64,000 nt of DNA from an uncultured Solirubrobacterales bacterium. GTDB lineage: Bacteria > Actinomycetota > Thermoleophilia > Solirubrobacterales > Solirubrobacteraceae. Positions 60,639 to 64,000 of this stretch are shown piece by piece. Positions within the stretch are counted from its first letter, which is position 1, and the number at the start of each line of letters is the position of its first letter. The notes below the pieces were generated by a model that saw only the letters and a list, made by a program, of their open reading frames with translations, searched no databases and was not told where the DNA came from. A program made the position numbers and the translations under genes. The stretch lies in assembly GCA_963771915.1 (NCBI GenBank), contig CAVYVD010000002.1, positions 506,511 to 570,510 of the forward strand, read 5' to 3'.

Positions 60639-60967
60639 GCGCCAATCTCGACAAGACGTGGGACCTGTTCATGGCCGCGAGAGGCGACGACCTCGGCTAC
60701 CCCGATGACGTGGCGTTCGTCCCTGACGAGGAGTGGGCCGACGAGGTTCTGTGGCGCAACCTCGCCGAGGGCCGTGCGACGGTGCTTGTCGGCGAGGAAA
60801 TCGAGCTGCTGCTGACGCCCCTGCGCCGGAGCGTGATCGACAGGCTGCGCGGCCGCGTGCCCGTCAACGTCGCCCACCGCGTCCACGGGCACGCCACGCC
60901 CTACGCGACCGCGAGCCGGCTCGGGCGCCACCCGGTCCGGCAGATGCGCCAGCTCGCGCACGCATAG
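60635..60967 (+). CDS. Hypothetical protein, coupled to the previous gene
   Basis: ATGA overlap; 110 aa. Confidence 0.65.
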   Translation: MSANLDKTWDLFMAARGDDLGYPDDVAFVPDEEWADEVLWRNLAEGRATVLVGEEIELLLTPLRRSVIDRLRGRVPVNVAHRVHGHATPYATASRLGRHPVRQMRQLAHA

Positions 60968-61226
60968 GCCCCAGCGCGCTGTGGGCGCCGCTGCGGCGCT
61001 CCGCGGGCCGCGTGGGCGTGTCCCTCTGGACCCCTGGGGGCGCAGACGGGCTCCTACGGCGCCCGGGTCTCCGGTGGGTTTCGGCCAACGTGTTTCGGCC
61101 AAACGGAGGGGGGGCCAAACAAGTGGCCAACAAGTGGCCAACGGGGCGCTAAACCGAGCCGCGGACAGGGTTCCTCACCCGACCGCCTAACAAGCGAATC
61201 CCGCACAGTTACACGGGATTCGAAGA

Positions 61227-61299
<73 letters not shown>

Positions 61300-61419
61300 T
61301 AATCGCCTGCAAAACGGGGCTTTCTGGTTCCCCCGACTGAGGCCCTGGAGACTCTACAGTAGTGCCGCTGGCGCTCACAGCCCCCAGATCCTTCAGCCAC
61401 GAGCCGCGCCGCTCCGTCG

Positions 61420-62009
61420 TCGGGTCGTGGGCTCGCCGAGCACCGCGTAGTCCGACACGCCACGGGCGCTGAGCCGCCGCCCGGCAAGCGAGATCGCCAG
61501 GTGGGCGATGTCGATGCCGACTCAGCGGCGCTCGAGGCGCTGCGCCACCGCGACGGTGGTGCCAGAGCCGCAGAAGGGGTCGAGCACGACCTCGCCGGGG
61601 TCGCTGCTGGCGAGAATGAGCTGCTCCCAGGAGGGCCTCGGGCTTCTGCGTGGGGTAGCCGAGCCGCTCCCGCGCCATCGGGTTCATCTGCTGAATGAGC
61701 AGGACGTTGTTGTGGTTCTTCGTGTCGTCGTCGACGGCGATCCGAGCGCCCCTGGGGTGCTGCGCGCGGGCCATTGCCTTCTCGGTGCGGGGAACCGCGA
61801 TGCGATCCCGGTGAAACAGCCACTCGACCCTGCCGGCCCCGACCCCGCCTGCCCGGCCGAAGAGGACGCTCGAAGGGGACGCTGTAGGTGGCGTTGGAGT
61901 TGAAGGGCGGGTCCAGATAGACGAGATCGGCGAAGGCGTCCGGGATGTGTCTGCGGAGCACCTCGAGGTTGTCGGCGCAGTAGAGGATGTTGCCGGAGGG
62001 CTCAGGCAC
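61420..62009 (-). pseudogene. Degraded N4/N6 DNA methyltransferase
   Basis: [25 protein letters not shown] and [11 protein letters not shown] in different frames; internal TGA stop and large deletions. Confidence 0.85.
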
Positions 62010-62102
62010 GGCGCGAGCTTAACCGCCGCCCCGGCCGCGCCCACCCGAATCTCCCCACCCTCCGCGAGCCTCCCATCGCCGTGCGCCGCTACCGTTGCCG
62101 GC

Positions 62103-63110
62103 ATGGACCTCTCGCTGTTCTTCGCGGGTACGGGCGGCTCGGTGCCGAGCGCGCGCCGGGGGCTGCCCGCGGTGCTGGTGCGCCGCGGCGGCGATCGACT
62201 GCTGTTCGACTGCGGGGAGGGCACCCAGCGCCAGCTGCTGCGCTCGGTGGGGCTGGCGGACGTGGAGTGCGTTTTCATAACCCACTTCCACGCCGACCAC
62301 TGGCTGGGGCTGCCGGGGATGCTGAAGTCCTTCGCGCTGCGCGACCGCGAGCAGCCGCTGAGCGTGTACGGCCCGGCGGGACTGAGGCAGCTGATGGCGG
62401 ATACGCGCTTCATCTACGGGCGGCGGCTGCCCTACGAGTTGACCGTCACCGAGCTCGATCCTGCGCAGGCGGTGGAGCGGGGGGGCTTCCGGGTGGCGGT
62501 GGTCCCGGTGTCCCATCGGAGCGCCCCGGCGGTGGGGTACGTGCTGGTGGAGGACGGGCGCCCGGGACAGCTCGATCCGGTGCTGGCGGAGCGGCTGGGG
62601 GTGCGGCCGGGGCCGGACTTCGGGCGGCTGGTGCGCGGGGAGACCGTCAACGGCGTGGCCCCCGAGCAGGTCGTGGGCCCCGCGCGCGAGGGCCGCAAGG
62701 TGGTTATCTCCGGGGACACCTCCCCCTGCGAGGCGCTGGCGATCGCGGCGCACCAGGCGGATGTGCTGGTGCACGAGGCGACGTTCGTGGAGGAGGAGCT
62801 CGAGCGGGCGCGACAGACCGGTCACAGCACGGCGCGCCAGGCGGCGGAGCTGGCGCGGGGGGCGGAGGCGAGGATGCTGGTCCTCACCCACCTCTCCACG
62901 CGCTACTCCGGCGGGGAGGTCCGCGACGAGGCCCGCGCGGTCTTCCCCTTCACGGAGGTGCCCCGGGATTTCGACACCGTGGAGGTCCCCTTCTCCGAGC
63001 GGGGGCCCGCGAGGCTGGTCCGCTGGCCACACCGCCCCGCACCCTCCGCCGGGGAGAACGCGGCCCCCGCGCACGACACGCCGGCGGTGGCGTCACCGAT
63101 AATCCAATGA
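62103..63110 (+). CDS. rnz: Ribonuclease Z
   Basis: AGTGGSVP, DCGEGTQ, THFHADH, SGDT, HEATF, THLSTRY. Confidence 0.95.
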   Translation: MDLSLFFAGTGGSVPSARRGLPAVLVRRGGDRLLFDCGEGTQRQLLRSVGLADVECVFITHFHADHWLGLPGMLKSFALRDREQPLSVYGPAGLRQLMADTRFIYGRRLPYELTVTELDPAQAVERGGFRVAVVPVSHRSAPAVGYVLVEDGRPGQLDPVLAERLGVRPGPDFGRLVRGETVNGVAPEQVVGPAREGRKVVISGDTSPCEALAIAAHQADVLVHEATFVEEELERARQTGHSTARQAAELARGAEARMLVLTHLSTRYSGGEVRDEARAVFPFTEVPRDFDTVEVPFSERGPARLVRWPHRPAPSAGENAAPAHDTPAVASPIIQ

Positions 63111-63156
63111 GCTTGTCCCACCTCACAGAACCGAAAGCCCCGCCGGTCGGCACCGA

Positions 63157-64000
63157 GTGAGCCCGCCCGTGCTCATCCGCTCCCCCGCCAGGCCCGCCGA
63201 GATGCTGCTGCGGGATGTCCACCTGTTCGATCCCGGGTGCCGCCTGGACGTCCGTCGCGACCTGCTGGTGCGGGGCGGGGTCCTCGCGGAGTTGGGCGCA
63301 CCGGGGACGCTCACGGTGGCGGGGGAGGTGGAGGTGCTGGAGGGCGAGGGCCGCCTGCGCGCGATCCCGGCCCTCTTCGACCCGCACGTGCACCTGCGCA
63401 GCCCCGGCCAGGAGCACAAGGAGGACGTCGAGAGCGGCACCCGCGCCGCGGCGGCGGGGGGGTTCGGGGCGGTGATCGCAATGCCCAACACCGACCCCCC
63501 GATCGACTCCCCGGAGCTGCTGCGCTCCGTGCAGGCGACGGCCGCGCAGCGGGCGCACGTGCCGGTGGGGTACCTCGCGGCGCTCACCCGAGGCCTCGAG
63601 GGCGGGCGGCTGACGGAGATGGCCGCGCTGCGCGAGCAGGGCGCGGTGGGATTCACCGACGACGGGCATCCCGTCGCGAGCGCGGGCGTGCTGAGCGAAG
63701 CGCTGGAGCTTCAGCGGGAGTGCGGCGGTGTGGTCGCGCTGCACGAGGAGGACCGCTCGCTCTCGCGCGGGGGCAGCATGCACGAGGGGGCCCTCGCCGC
63801 CGAGCTGGGCATCCCGGGCATCCCCTGCTCCAGCGAGGCGAGCATGGTCGCGCGCGACGCGATGCTGGCCGGCTGTGGGGGGGGCCGCGTGCACTTCCAG
63901 CACCTGAGCTGCATCGCCTCGGTGGAGGCCGTGGCTCAGGCCAAGGCGCGCGGCGTGGCGGTGAGCGCGGAGGTGACCCCCCACCACCTGCTGCTGACCG
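63157..64000 (+). CDS. pyrC: Dihydroorotase (3'-truncated by window)
   Basis: From GTG 63157: DPHVHLRSPGQEHKED, AAAAGGF, MPNTDP, FTDDG, HEED, AEVTPHHL. Confidence 0.93.
   Translation, partial: MSPPVLIRSPARPAEMLLRDVHLFDPGCRLDVRRDLLVRGGVLAELGAPGTLTVAGEVEVLEGEGRLRAIPALFDPHVHLRSPGQEHKEDVESGTRAAAAGGFGAVIAMPNTDPPIDSPELLRSVQATAAQRAHVPVGYLAALTRGLEGGRLTEMAALREQGAVGFTDDGHPVASAGVLSEALELQRECGGVVALHEEDRSLSRGGSMHEGALAAELGIPGIPCSSEASMVARDAMLAGCGGGRVHFQHLSCIASVEAVAQAKARGVAVSAEVTPHHLLLT

Larger units (their letters stand above)
60070..61226. mobile_element. Integrase-less mini-island in tRNA-Arg(CCG)
   Basis: Bounded by the tRNA and its 3'-half duplicate; short GGCCAAC/GGCAAC repeats near both ends. Confidence 0.75.

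Overview
High-GC actinobacterial chromosome segment. Gene content and order suggest Thermoleophilia/Solirubrobacterales (inference). Positions 1-54.9 kb are mostly core genes: recN, pyrG, xerD, mutM, recO, dgt-like, dnaG, pdxS/T, yebC-ruvCAB, secDF, recJ, rel and a SAM-riboswitch-thrC-like/sulfur-carrier unit, plus tRNA-Asn, tRNA-Ile2 and a three-gene minor-pilin cassette. Positions ~54.9-62 kb are a decayed, nested integration hotspot at tRNA-Arg(CCG), with TA modules, an SHMT-like enzyme plus a membrane protein, and an MTase remnant; rnz and pyrC follow. Several core genes carry single frameshifts, probably long-read indels. Two unusual signals stand out. (1) Glu codon choice tracks predicted membrane topology: GAA dominates in extracytoplasmic segments and GAG in cytoplasmic ones, switching within single genes and even in single short loops of SecDF. 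(2) A ~45-bp palindromic element is inserted in frame in four unrelated genes, in different frames and orientations. All codon counts are hand counts and need computational confirmation.
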